NCBI GenBank assembly: GCA_008632985.1
Contig: QPGO01000082.1
Span: forward strand, 248,001-312,000
Direction of reading: 5' to 3'
DNA from: Psammoneis japonica
Taxonomy: Eukaryota
Length of the DNA: 64,000 nt
Shown in pieces: positions 15,001 through 26,750 of the stretch. The position numbers and the translations under genes are program-made. The notes beneath the pieces are model-generated. The model did not search any database. It had not been told where the DNA came from and was given only the letters and a program-made list of their open reading frames with translations. Numbering within the stretch: position 1 is the first letter of the stretch; every line of letters starts with the position of its first letter.

Positions 15001-16315
15001 CCTGCTTTGGCAAGAAATGTGCTGCATGTGCAAAATGGCACACACAAGACACGTGCAAGAAAAAATTCTGCAACCCCATGTGCAATGATTGCCATCTGTC
15101 ACTTGCTGCATGCCTTCTCTGCTGTTGCAGCTGATGCACTCTCCAGAGATGATCATGTTGTGCAATGCAAAACATGGGCCAATGAAGCGTTCACACAGCT
15201 CCTTGTTTGCACAGCTCCATTTTCACACAGATGTGCCAGTCTCGCAATTTCTGCAAAATGTCTTTCAACAACCTGCTGTGCCAGTTGCTTGACAATGTGC
15301 AAGAGGGTTGCAGTGCTGGTCTTCTGACTTGAGCTCCTCAGCAGCTTCAGAAAAAATTGCTGCACTGCATGATTTGAAGCAAAGTTGGTTTGTGATGACA
15401 CCAAACCATCTCATGGCAACAAGGCAGTTGAAACAGATTGACCCCTTGACATGCTCCAAAGATTCTTGGCTGCATGGCTTTCCCCTTCACTTGTGTGGCT
15501 GGGAGTGTGAAAATGGGCACAATGGCTGAGCTCTTGCAGCAGAACAAGGCATGACCTTCTGGGTCTTGGCATGTCAAAAAACAAGATCTGTTGTTGAAAA
15601 AGCCAAAAACAATGCTCAAACATTTGAGTGCTGCTGAGCCAACAGCAGGTTGGGAAACTGAAGAAACAAGAAGAACTTCAGAAAGATTCTTGTCAAGAAG
15701 CAGACAAAGTGCAAGTGCTTGATGCAGAAGAAGCCAAGGAGCACTCTGTGGCAGATGACAACAAAACAGGAGAAGAAGAGCCTCTTGGTTTTTGAACTTG
15801 GACAGCAGCCAGTCAACATCAAAGGCGCTGTTTGTGGGAACAGGCCATGTGCAATTTTAAAAGCAGGGCAGCACCCAGAAGCAGTCAAGGCTGTTCAGAG
15901 TCTAAAGCCCAGCAAAGCATGCAAGTTGCCACAAGAAAATGTTCTGCAATGTGCAGCACAGTGCAGGTTGTCAACAACTGGTGGTTGTTGTCCAGCCAGA
16001 CTCCCAAAGAAAGGCTCAGAAAACACTTCTTGTGCATTTTTCTTCCCTGCAAGGATTGCACTGCAGACAACATCAATGTGTCCACCAGCTGTGGTGCAGC
16101 TGGCAATCATCAACTTGTGTTTGCAGCTCAAATGAAGGGTTTTTGCAACACAGGGTTTCCTCCAAAAACTGTCACAGCTTTGAAGCATCGCCATCTGCAC
16201 AGAGAGAAGTGATTTGCAACAAACCCAGAAGTTGTGTTGTTGAAGATTTGATGGGCACAAAGCTGTTGCTTTGCTGTTTTTCACACAACCACTGCATTGT
16301 TGTTTGTGTCGGTTG
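9100..16315. mobile_element. Old degenerate transposon block, depleted of TpA and CpG
   Basis: Very few TA or CG, saturated with TG/CA; spurious Cys/His-rich ORFs in all six frames; contains a Copia gag relic. Confidence 0.75.
10100..11870 (-). pseudogene. Copia-type gag / zinc knuckle / protease relic
   Basis: Fragments ATCKDVKEKISRCTQKEFKQG, SLGNDACPKDLDRAMDALLNH, CHCCSKEDHKSPDC (CCHC knuckle), VLDNCS (protease-like) and ANILS, broken by frameshifts. Confidence 0.65.
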
Positions 16316-16694
16316 TGCAACATGCGTTGTTATGTACGTATTATATATGTATATCTATATATTAAAAAAAAGTATATTTCAATCGTACGTCAATCGTGGG
16401 TTCGTACGAAGTACAGATCGGTCACACAGAAGTGATCGGATGTCGAGAATCGCAAATGCGATCGTACGATGATGTTGACATCTTATGTGTCAATGTCAAT
16501 CGTATCCGGACAATCTGTTGTCACGATCATATTCTCCGAAAGGCCTTTTGTCTGTAGGAGCAGTACAAAAGGTTTAGGCCATTGAGAACCCATTCGGAGA
16601 AACCCAAAATGATTGCATGGAAATAATTCTCATAATTTTCACTTTTTATACTTGATTCTACTTTCGTTTATACTCGTTCTTCGAGCATAGTGCA
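16316..16694 (+). repeat. Gypsy 5' LTR
   Basis: Near-identical to 21113-21492; begins tgcaa and ends gtgca. Confidence 0.95.
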
Positions 16695-16730
16695 TTGTGT
16701 ATACACACCACAGAAGGTAATAAGTTCAAG

Positions 16731-17885
16731 ATGAAGCTTTCACCTCATGCAACCAACGCTAAAACTTCGTTAAGGCAGGAGAAAATCGTTCCTCAACCGC
16801 TGGAATCGAACTCCGAGCCGAAGAGCCTCAAACCGAGCCAGTGCCTCAAGATGGAGCAACGTTTTCATCCCGAGAAGAAGGATAGCCGTACCTACACCAT
16901 CAATGTCGAGCACTACAAGAAACAAGGTGTCCCCAAGTTTGTCGAATTTCTCAAGAGCTACGATCAACTTCCAGTGGGCCAGAATGTCAGGAAGCAATCT
17001 GACAAGTTTCGTCTCATGCGCATGTTACTCCAAGGAGACGCTCTACGTGCTTTCGAGAATGCGGCAGCGAACCTTGAAGACGAATCTGCAGAAGGAAGCT
17101 TCGAGAAATGCCTGCAACATCTCACGAGGCATGTGTTTCCCAAGAACGCACTTTCGGTGCAGAAACGTTATTTGCGTCGTGATCTCAAGAAGCCGGAGTC
17201 CATGAAAGTACGCGAAATTGCTGCTTGGGTCCAGGAAGTCAACGAAGACCTCAAGTTCTATCCTCCCTTTGGGAAGGAACAGAAGATCGAGGACGACGAG
17301 CTCAAGGACATCCTCTTCAATCTTGCACCTCAAAAGTGGCAGCGTCAGTCGACCGTCCAGGGTTTCGAAATTTTGAAACACACCTGTGACGAGTTGGTTG
17401 AGTTCTTGGAGCGCCCAGAGGTCGCAGAAGACATGTTCGATGGCATTCATGCCAAGGCTGATGGCAGTGGCGGTGCTGCATCAAAAGCCAAGAGTGGCTC
17501 CCAACGTGGTTCCAAAAATGGTCACCAACATGGTGCCGAAAAATCTCAGTCCGAGAAGTGGTGCATTTCATGTGAGAAATCCACTCACAACACGGACAAG
17601 TGCTGGTCGATCAAAAGACTTGCGAAAGAACGCCATGGGAACTGTGAACCCGACCCGAAACGGCGCCGTTCAAATGGCAATCGCACGTGGTCTCGTCGCG
17701 ACAACGACAACGCCGCTCGCAAAGAAGAGTTGAATGCTGTGGCGATCCAAGCAGTTCAAAAAATGCTCAAAGCGAGTTCCTCGAACAATGATGAAAAGCA
17801 CAAGAGCAAAGATTGTGATTCTGATGCCCTTGACGAGGAGAATGATCAGTTTGAAAAAATGATGCGCAGCGATTCTGAGGAATGA
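16731..17885 (+). CDS. gag: Gypsy gag
   Basis: LLQGDAL...VFPKNALSVQKRYLRR capsid-like region; CISCEKSTHNTDKC knuckle. Confidence 0.85.
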   Translation: MKLSPHATNAKTSLRQEKIVPQPLESNSEPKSLKPSQCLKMEQRFHPEKKDSRTYTINVEHYKKQGVPKFVEFLKSYDQLPVGQNVRKQSDKFRLMRMLLQGDALRAFENAAANLEDESAEGSFEKCLQHLTRHVFPKNALSVQKRYLRRDLKKPESMKVREIAAWVQEVNEDLKFYPPFGKEQKIEDDELKDILFNLAPQKWQRQSTVQGFEILKHTCDELVEFLERPEVAEDMFDGIHAKADGSGGAASKAKSGSQRGSKNGHQHGAEKSQSEKWCISCEKSTHNTDKCWSIKRLAKERHGNCEPDPKRRRSNGNRTWSRRDNDNAARKEELNAVAIQAVQKMLKASSSNNDEKHKSKDCDSDALDEENDQFEKMMRSDSEE

Positions 17886-20800
17886 CTTGCACCGCAAGAG
17901 GAGTCTTGCGCTCCACTGGACATCAGGAAGCCCAGAAAAAGGGCCAAAGTAATTTGTGCTAGTCCAGCAGTCGTCGCCCATGTGAACACTTCATCAGGCA
18001 AAGCGAAAAACAAGCCTCTGCACATTCTCCTCGATGGCAGAACATCGTCAACCACAATTTTGCGCAAATTCACGCGGAAACTCAGAACCAAAGCATCCGC
18101 CACCAAACTCTGGGAAACCAAAGGAGGGCTCTTTACGACTGACAGTCGATGTAAGATCCAATTCTCCTCACCCGAATTTGACAAACATGAGATGATCGAA
18201 ACAACGGCACATGTTGATGGCTCCCCTTCTTCTTCAAGTTGTTGTGACATGATCATGGGACGCGACTTAATGTCAAGTCTTGGGATGACATTGGACTTCT
18301 CGAATGAAGAGATTAAATGGGAAGATGCAACTGCTCCTGTGAAGAATGTTGATGCACTCTTCGATGCCGATGTTTTTAAGTTGATTGCCGATCATGTTGA
18401 GGAATCTCATGCAGTGATTGGTCTTAATGACAGGGTCAATCGGATCCTTGACTCAGACTGTCACACTGCAAACCTCAACAATGTGACTGCAGCAGCTGCT
18501 CATCTAACTCCTGAAGAGCAGAAGCAGCTGAACTTCCTCTCAAAAAGATTTGAAAACCTTTTCGATGGTTCTCTGGGCAAATGGACCAGGAAACCGGTGG
18601 ATTTGAAGTTGAAATCGGGCGTGAGTCCGTGTCATGCCAAACCATTTCCCGCACCACAAGCCTTGGAGGCGACCACTCGTAAGGAGGTTGAAAGACTGTG
18701 CAAGTTGAAAGTCTTAAGAAAAACAAACTGTTCTGAATGGGCGGCTCCAACCTTTGTTCAACCCAAGAAAAATGGCAGAGTTTGGTTCTTGTCCGACTTT
18801 CGTGAGCCAAACAAGAGGTCAATTCGCACTCCGTTTCCTCCACCCAACATTCAGGACATGCTGCAGAAGCTCGAAGGCTTCATGTGTGCAACGTCCCTAG
18901 ATTTAAACATGGGACACTGTCATGTCGAATTGACGCCGCGTGCACGTCGCTTGTGCACGATCGTCATGCCTTGGGGCAAATGTGAGCACTGTAGACTCCC
19001 GATGGGAATCTGTGGAGCTCCAGACATTTTCCAAGAGCACATGAGTGAGCTCATGGCAGGTCTGGAGTTCGTCAGAACTTGTGTTGACAACACATTGTGT
19101 CTTGCAAAAGGTGATTTTCAAGACCACCTCAAGAAGCTTGAAACAGTGTTCTTGCGCCCAGAACAAGCCGGATTGAAGGTCAACGCCGAGAAGTCCTTTT
19201 TTGCTAAACCCGAAGCAGACCATCCAGGCTTTCACATCACCCACAAGGGCATCAGTCCGATTCCAAAAAAAAGTAGAAGCGATTCACGCGATCGCAACTC
19301 CTAAAACTCGCAAGGAATTGCGACGCTTTGTCAGCATGATCAACTGCCATCGAGACATGTGGCCTCGACGATCTCATGTTTTAGCTCCTTTGGCCAAACT
19401 CACTTCTGCCCAAGTAAAGTGGCAATGGACCGAAACAGAACAAAAAGCCTTTGAAAACATGAAGCGCGTCATCTCCAAAGACACACCACCATCACACCCG
19501 AATTTTAACACACCCTTTGAGATGTGCACCGATGCTGGCAATTCTCAATTGGGGGCGGTTGTTGCTCAGAAAAACTGACCAATTGCCTTCTACAGCCGCA
19601 AGCTGAATGGAGCACAGACGCGTCACACTGCAACGGAAAAAGAGCTGTTGACCACAGTGGAAACGTTAAAAGAGTTCCGCAATGTGCTGTTTGGCCAACA
19701 GATGAACACATGTGCGGATCACAAAAATCTCACACACAAAAAATTTCACAACGGACAGAGTCATGCATTGGTGTCCAATGACAGAAGAATGCAGCCCCAA
19801 AATGACATGCCTTGAGGGCAAGGCAAATGTTGTCGCAGATGCGATTGGCCGACTTGCCATGAAGAAAATAGAACCTGTGGAAACCCTCAGCACAGAAGAG
19901 CTGGCTGAAAAGGTCCCACCAAAATCCTGCGACAATGTCTTTCCGTCAAATTACAAAGTTCTTGATTGTGAACAAAAACGGGACAAAGACACTCTCTCCC
20001 AATTGTCAAATGAGACGTTTCATGCGAAGACTTTTCGTGGAGGCGAGCGAGACCGGTTGCTCGTGTGTCATGAGGACAAAATTGTCGTCCCGAGGACGTT
20101 GCAAAGGCAGTGACAGATTGGCATCATGTGCACCTTCTTCACCCTGGCACAAATCGAACAGAAGAAACAATCTCACAACACCTGTGGTGGTCCACCTTGC
20201 GTGAAGACATACGAAAATACGTGTCGAGATGTGAGGCGTGCCAAAAATTCAAAAAGAAACACAAGAAATGTGGACATTTGCCTCCTGAGTGCGCAGAATC
20301 CGCACCATGGGAACGACTGTGTGTGGACCTTGTTGGGCCACACAAAATGCGTCGCAAGGGAAAGAAAGAACCCCCAGTCCTGAAATGTTTGACAATGATC
20401 GATCCAGCAACCGGATGGTTTGAAGTTGTGGAAATCCCAAATGAGGAGTCCATGACTGCAGCTGGACTGCCAGAACGAACATGGTCAAGCAGACATCCTT
20501 GGCCATCGTCAATTGCATGTGACGGTGGAAGTGAGTTCATCGGACACCAATTTAGAGAAATGGTGCAAGATGATTGTGGCATTAAAGTCAAGCCTGTAAC
20601 TACACGAAATCCACAAGCAAACGCAATTGTTGAACGCGCACATCAAGCACTGGGGAACATGCTCCGTACATTTGATTTGCAACATACACCTCTAGATGCT
20701 GAGGATCCTTTCGCTGGAATGCTGTCAGCGGTAGCATTGCGGTACGTTCTACGTATCATACCACTACGCAAGCTACACCAGGACAACTAGTCTTCAATAG

Positions 20801-21086
20801 AGACATGATATTTAACGTCCAACATGTCGCAGACTGGAAATTAATCCAGCAGCGAAAACAAGATATCATAAATAAAAATAACGCTCGAGAGAATGCTCGA
20901 CGTACTCCTTACACGTACAGAGTAGGAGAAAAGATACTACTCGAGAAAGACTCGCAAAAATTAGAACAGCCCTATGTTGGACCGTACGTAATAACAACGG
21001 TACATACTAATGGCACAGTACAGATCAAACGCGGTGACGTTATTGACACTGTCAATATTCGTCGGATAATACCGTTTAACGACTGA
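17886..21086 (+). pseudogene. pol: Gypsy pol (protease, RT, RNase H, integrase), hypermutated and frameshifted
   Basis: ILLDG protease; WAAPTF..PKKNG; SLDLNMGHCH; RLPMG; CVDN at 19080 in place of YVDD; TDA..QLG; HPG...C..C; CVDLVGP; NPQANAIVER; PYVGPY tail. Frameshifts in A-runs near 19265, 19575 and 19740. Confidence 0.9.
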
Positions 21087-21112
21087 CTCTAATGTGCAAT
21101 TAGGGAGGCGAA

Positions 21113-21492
21113 TGCAATATGCGTTGTTATGTACGTATTATATATGTATATCTATATATTAAAAAAAAAGTATATTTCAATCGTACGTCAATCGTGGGTT
21201 CGTACGAAGTACAGATCGGTCACACAGAAGTGATCGGATGTCGAGAATCGCAAATGCGATCGTACGATGATGTTGACATCTTATGTGTCAATATCAATCG
21301 TATCCGGACAATCTGTTGTCACGATCATATTCTCCGAAAGGCCTTTTGTCTGTAGGAGCAGTACAAAAGGTTTAGGCTATTGAGAACCCGTTCGGAGAAA
21401 CCCAAAATGATTGCACAGAAATGATTCTCATGATTTTCACTTTTTGTGCTTGATTCTACTTTCGTTTATACTCGTTCTTCGAGCATAGTGCA
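21113..21492 (+). repeat. Gypsy 3' LTR
   Basis: Matches 16316-16694 with about 10 transitions and one A-run indel. Confidence 0.95.
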
Positions 21493-24400
21493 GTTGGATG
21501 TTTGACTCTGGACACCACAATGTGTTCCCTGTGAAAAGTTTGGCATGTTGGAGAGCTGATGTTTGGGCGACACAAGATGAAGTGTCTTGCATGATGGACA
21601 ATCTGTCTCAAAAGGCTGTGTTTGTTTTCAAGCTTCATTTGTCAAAGTTGGTTGGAAGGATTTGAAAATGCAAAACATGCAACTTGTGAGCTGGCAGCAC
21701 ACTGACACACTCGGTTTGCACACAACTGTCTGGCACCAGCCCCACTTGCTCTGTCAAAGTCAGGTCCCAAACAATGTGCTTCATCATTGCTTTCTTCTTT
21801 GTGCTCCAATTCCATCAGTTGGTCATTGTGTGCTTTGTTGCCTGGAAAGTCTTTCACACAACCAGCAGCTTTGACCAAATGCTTTGTGCAAGTCTCTTGC
21901 TTGTGACACACTCTTTCTTTAATCTTGCGGCTGGCCTCTTCAAAGCAGGCTTCACATTGCTGCCACAACTGCCAAGCACCTTGTCAGGATTTTGCAGCAT
22001 TCTTAGATGCTCATCTGCTGCAAAGCTGTGCTTGCACAAGGCGACATTCTTTCCAAGAACAACCATGAGTGCCAACTCCAGTTTTGGTTCTTCCACACCA
22101 ACAACTTCAACAGCAAAGGAGCACAAGCTGGTCTTTGAGAAACACTCCAGCAGGTTTTCACATTCTTGCAGGGCACCTGTGAGTTTTGAGCTTGGTGCCT
22201 TTCTGTGCTTCTGGATTGAGAGATCAGCTGGGACAGTCAGCAGCACCCACGTCAAGTGCCTTGTGCTTTGGAAAAAATTGAGTGTTTTCTTTTGTTGTTG
22301 TTGTTGGGGCATGGTTGCTGGCACTTGGCATGCCCCAGTCTGCTGCTCAAGAGTGCTGGTGCAAAGCAAGGTGAGCACTTCTTACACTTGCCCAGGAGAA
22401 AGAAATGCACCCAATGTGGGATTTCTTGATTTGCTGCATTGGAGCAAATGGCAGTGAGGCCACAGCATCTTTTGGATGTTGGCAAAGAGTGCTGCCACAG
22501 CAGCAGCAACTCTGTCTTCAGCAACAGCCTCAAGCCAGAATTTCTGCACTTTTAACTGACACAAATGTTGGTGCTGAAACCCACTTGATGGCACTTGCAA
22601 GAAATCCACACTGGTGCAAACACAACACAGCTGCACATGCTGCGCTGGCTGTTGTTCATTTTCTGGTGCTGTGCCAGAGTCACACACCAAAACAAGGTGT
22701 CTCCAACCCTTGTTTGTGCATTTGGCATTTTCACAAACTCTAAATCATTGGCTTCAACTGGGCCACAATGTGTCATTGTGCAACTCTTGCTGTGCAGCCA
22801 CTTGCCCACTCAACTTTTTTCCATCTGCATCCAGTGTGGCAAAGATGGAGAGCAGGGGGCAACAACACCACACTGTTGCAATGGTGTTTCACCTCAGCAG
22901 CTTGCACACACACTGTTGTGCTCCCAAGAATCAGAGAATTTGAGGTGACTTCATGCTGTCATCTTCATCTGCAAGCAGCAATGGCAGTGCAAATGAAGCC
23001 ATGCCAACAATGGATTTCTTCCTCCCAAAGCAAGCAGGAGAAAAGAGCCCAAGTGTGGTTGGCATTGAGACAGACAGACAAGCCAGCAAAAATCAGAGCT
23101 GGTCAGTCCTGCTGCCTGTGACATGCTGTCAACGAGTTGTTGCATTGGGTGCTTGTGATGTGCACAGCTTTCTTTTCAACTCTGGCAACAAAAAACATGC
23201 ATCAACTGCATTTGAAAGAGTGCCAGAAGCAAGAATGCAGTTCTTTGTTGCAGCACAGAAGACAACCACAGCGGGTTGGACAGACATGGACACTTGGTGC
23301 CACTGGACTCTGCACCTTGGCTCACACCATTGGCTTGAGCACTGCATGGTCCTGGCAGTGTGCAGGGCAATGGGTGAAACAGGTGGATGAGCATGAGGAC
23401 CTCCTGGTTGCCTTGCACAAAGATGTGTTGTTTCACCTCACAATTCTCATGGGTTTGCATGGCACTGCACACTCCCTTTGCCTGTGCATCATTTTGGCAT
23501 GAACATCTGAGCCTTTGTCAGCTTTTTTCAGATGCTGCTGACTTTGGATGGAATTTCTTTTTTGCTCAGACAGGAAGAACACATCAGTGGCAGGCTGCCT
23601 CTGGTGCAGAACATCTCTTCACCAAACACAGCAATTTTCTCACTTGGGAAATCTGTGCTGAGAGTTGAACAAACATTGGCTGTCTCATTGAGAGAAATGA
23701 TTTTGACAAATTGTCACACTGTCACAGGTGCCCAGCTTGCAAGGGAAATGAAAAATGTGGAGACAACAGCAGCGCTGGGTTGGGCAAACAAAAGCTCACA
23801 CCCTGTGAGCAGCACACCACCTTTGCAGGTTTTTTTGACCCACTGACAGCTGCTGGAAGGCAAGGCAAGCTGTGAAGCTTGGCATCACAGCACTGCAATG
23901 ACAGGCACATTTTGAGGTTTGTGGAAGACATTTTCAAAGAGAAACCCAGAAGCATGCAGAAAGCAGTGTTCTGGAGCTTGGTGATGCAAAGAAAGCAGCA
24001 AATGAGTCTCCTTCAGGGACCACAATTTTGCCTGTTGCAGCTTCCACGGAGTGTGTGCACTGAAGATGTTGCAACTTGCTTCAAAAACAAATGCAAAGCA
24101 ATTGCAGGCATCACAGCAGTGGTTCCACACATTTCCTGATTTTTCAACATCACCATGCATCACCTTTTGACATTTCATTGAGAATCAACCAACCGTGGCT
24201 CCAAAGCATGTGGTGCTGGGATGGGAATCTAGCAAATGTGCTCTGGGAATGTCGACCATCTTGTTGTGGCAAATGATTTGACACATTGTTGTGCTGCCAT
24301 GAGTGGCCAGCTTTCCAGGAAAACAAAACATGTGGAAATGATGGATGCCGCTGGGGTGGGAAATGAAAGCTGACACCCTGCATGCAAGCAACACATCCAT

Positions 24401-26750
24401 GCACTGTTTCTTGCAGGTTTTTTTGACCTGCTGACAACAGCTTAAAGGCTGGACATGCTGTGGAGCTTGACAGTGTGATGCTGCTACAACAAACACATTT
24501 TGGCTTTTACAGAAGTTGTTTCTGAAGTTCAGAGAAGCATGTGAAAGCAACATCCTGGTGCTCAGTGTTGTGGGGAAATTGGCAAATGAATCTCCTTGAA
24601 AAACCCCATGACTTTGCCCACTGCAGTTTCTGGTTTGTGCACAGAACATGTTGCATCTCATTCCAAGAACATTCAAAGCCATTGCAGGTGCCATCGCCTG
24701 CCCCCCTGCATGTTCTGATTTTTCCACATTGCCAGGTGGCACCGCTTGATGTTTCATTAAGAGTCGCCTGACCATGGCTTCAAAATGTGATGGGACAGAA
24801 ATCTGACTCATGTGCTCTGGGAACACATCTCAGTGCTGCCGCAGAAAGCAAGGGTGCCATGGTCTCCAGCCTCTTTGCTATGGCATTGCTTCTTTTTGGC
24901 TCTCTCAGAGATCACCAAAAATGGCAATTGCTGTCTCAGATGAAGTGACATGGCAAAAGATCAATTCCACCCTCAACGCCATTTGCCACACCCTCTGACA
25001 TCTGGAGCAGCACATGGCAAACCTTTGAACAAATCTTGATTGACTTGCACACATGTTCTTCCAACACAATCCAAAGAGATGAAAGACATCAAAGGTTGCA
25101 GAGCTGAGAATCAGATGCAGAAGACCACCCAGAACCACAAAGCTGCTGTGGCGAGCAATGAAACATTGAAGAGTGTGACTTCTAAAGCCTCCACTCTGTT
25201 CTCACCTGCAAGATCCCTTGCCAAAAAGATTAGAAAGGTCGCTGGATGAAATTGTTGCATGAGAGCAGTGTGCGGAAGCTTTGGTTTGGGCACCCAACTG
25301 AAAGACCTGACAAGAGAAGAGCAAAAGGGAAACTCTCAACTTGCAAGAAATCCAAAAACTGGAGGCTGCACTTCCATGATGCAGCTGCACTGGGTTTGAG
25401 GATGAAGAACTGTCAAAAAACAGAAACAAGAGACCACCCCAAATCACACAGTTGCTGCAGTGAGACAAAAGACATGAAAGGTCACAGAGCTGAGAAACAG
25501 ACACAGAAGACCACCCAGGATCACAAAGTTGCTGTGGCGCACAATCAAATGTTGCAGAGTGTGACTTCCAAAGCCTCCGTTCTGTTCTCACCCATGAGAT
25601 TCCTTGCTAAAAAGATTGGAAAGGTTGCTGGGTGAAGTTGTTGCATGAGGATAGCACGCAGAAGCTTTCAATTTGGGCACCCAATTGAATGACCTGACAA
25701 GAGGGGAGCAAAAGGGAAACTCTTGACTTGCAAGAAATCTAAAGCTGAAAGGTTGCACTCCCTTGATGCAGCTGTGTTGGGTTTGACGATGAAGAGCAGC
25801 TGTCAAGAAACAGACACAGGAGACCACCCTGAATGATCACACAGTTGCTGCGGCAAGCAATGAAATGTTGAAGAGCACGCAACGGCCTTCAAGGCCTCTG
25901 CATTGTTCTTGCCTGTAAGATCCCTGGCTAAAAAGATCAGTGGGACAGTTGAGTGAAATTTTTGCATGAGAGTGGTGCACGAAAGCTTTCAGTCAGGGTG
26001 TCTGACTGGACGACCCAACAAGAGGGGAGCAAAAGAGAACTCTCGACATGCAAAAACCCAAAACAAAATGACGGGAATCCTGTGATGCAGCTGCAGTGGG
26101 TCAAGGATGAAAAGAGCACTTCTTGTGTGGACAGTTGCAGAAAAAGCACAGCACTTGACAGAGCAGATGGACTCCTCCAGTCTGTGGGATGTTGCTGGGT
26201 GCCAAGAACACACCACAGAAAATGAGGCACATCACTTGGCCAAGGCCGAAAGGCAAATTGACAGGACATCACTGGGTGGTCAACTCGGGACAGCTGATGG
26301 GCTGATTGAAGACCTGCAGAAGGCTCCTGAAAAGCACATCCCTTGGCTTTGCGGATGATCAAGGCAATGGGCATTGCCAGGTGTCAATCACAGGACAGCT
26401 GATCAGCTTGTCAATGGCACCACAGAGCTCAAGGTGCAGCCAATGAAAAGGGGTTGCCAAAAAATGCTGTGTCCAAGTGTGGACATTCCATTGGCTCTTT
26501 ATGTGGAAGTGGCTGATGTCAGTGATGGAGTTGGATCGGATTCGGATTCAGCGCAACAGTGGGAGCACTTTGATTCGGACTTGGTGCAGTGGTGCAAGAG
26601 GCAGAGCAGGTGAGCCAATGGCCGATTCGAATTGGTGAGCAGGAGATGGTGTCGGATTGACTGTGCAGCAGGATCGGGCTTGGCACGCTGTCGCCATGTC
26701 CCTCCAATGAACCCTCATCAAATTGATGGTTGCTGTGTGGGACAAGAGAG
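21493..26750. mobile_element. Continuation of the old TpA/CpG-depleted repeat block
   Basis: Same TG/CA-saturated composition as 9100-16315; no family assignable by eye. Confidence 0.65.
25085..26110 (+). repeat. Degenerate tandem repeat, about 3 copies of 320-390 bp
   Basis: Recurring agaccaccc, aaaaagat, ttgcatgag and gagcaaaag.gaa.ctct blocks near 25085, 25471 and 25810. Confidence 0.75.

Larger units (their letters stand above)
16316..21492 (+). mobile_element. Full-length Ty3/Gypsy LTR retrotransposon nested in older TE DNA
   Basis: Two ~380 bp TG...CA LTRs, 4-bp target duplication GTTG (16312-16315 and 21493-21496), purine tract agggaggcgaa before the 3' LTR, and gag-PR-RT-RH-INT order. 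Confidence 0.95.

Noticed and set aside
16316..21492. Classical fungal RIP (CpA->TpA)
   Set aside because: RIP enriches TA and creates stops; here TA is lost and conserved Tyr codons are destroyed.
23160..23700. Possible pogo/DDE transposase remnant (GWTDMDTW...)
   Set aside because: Too degenerate; no catalytic motifs could be confirmed by eye.
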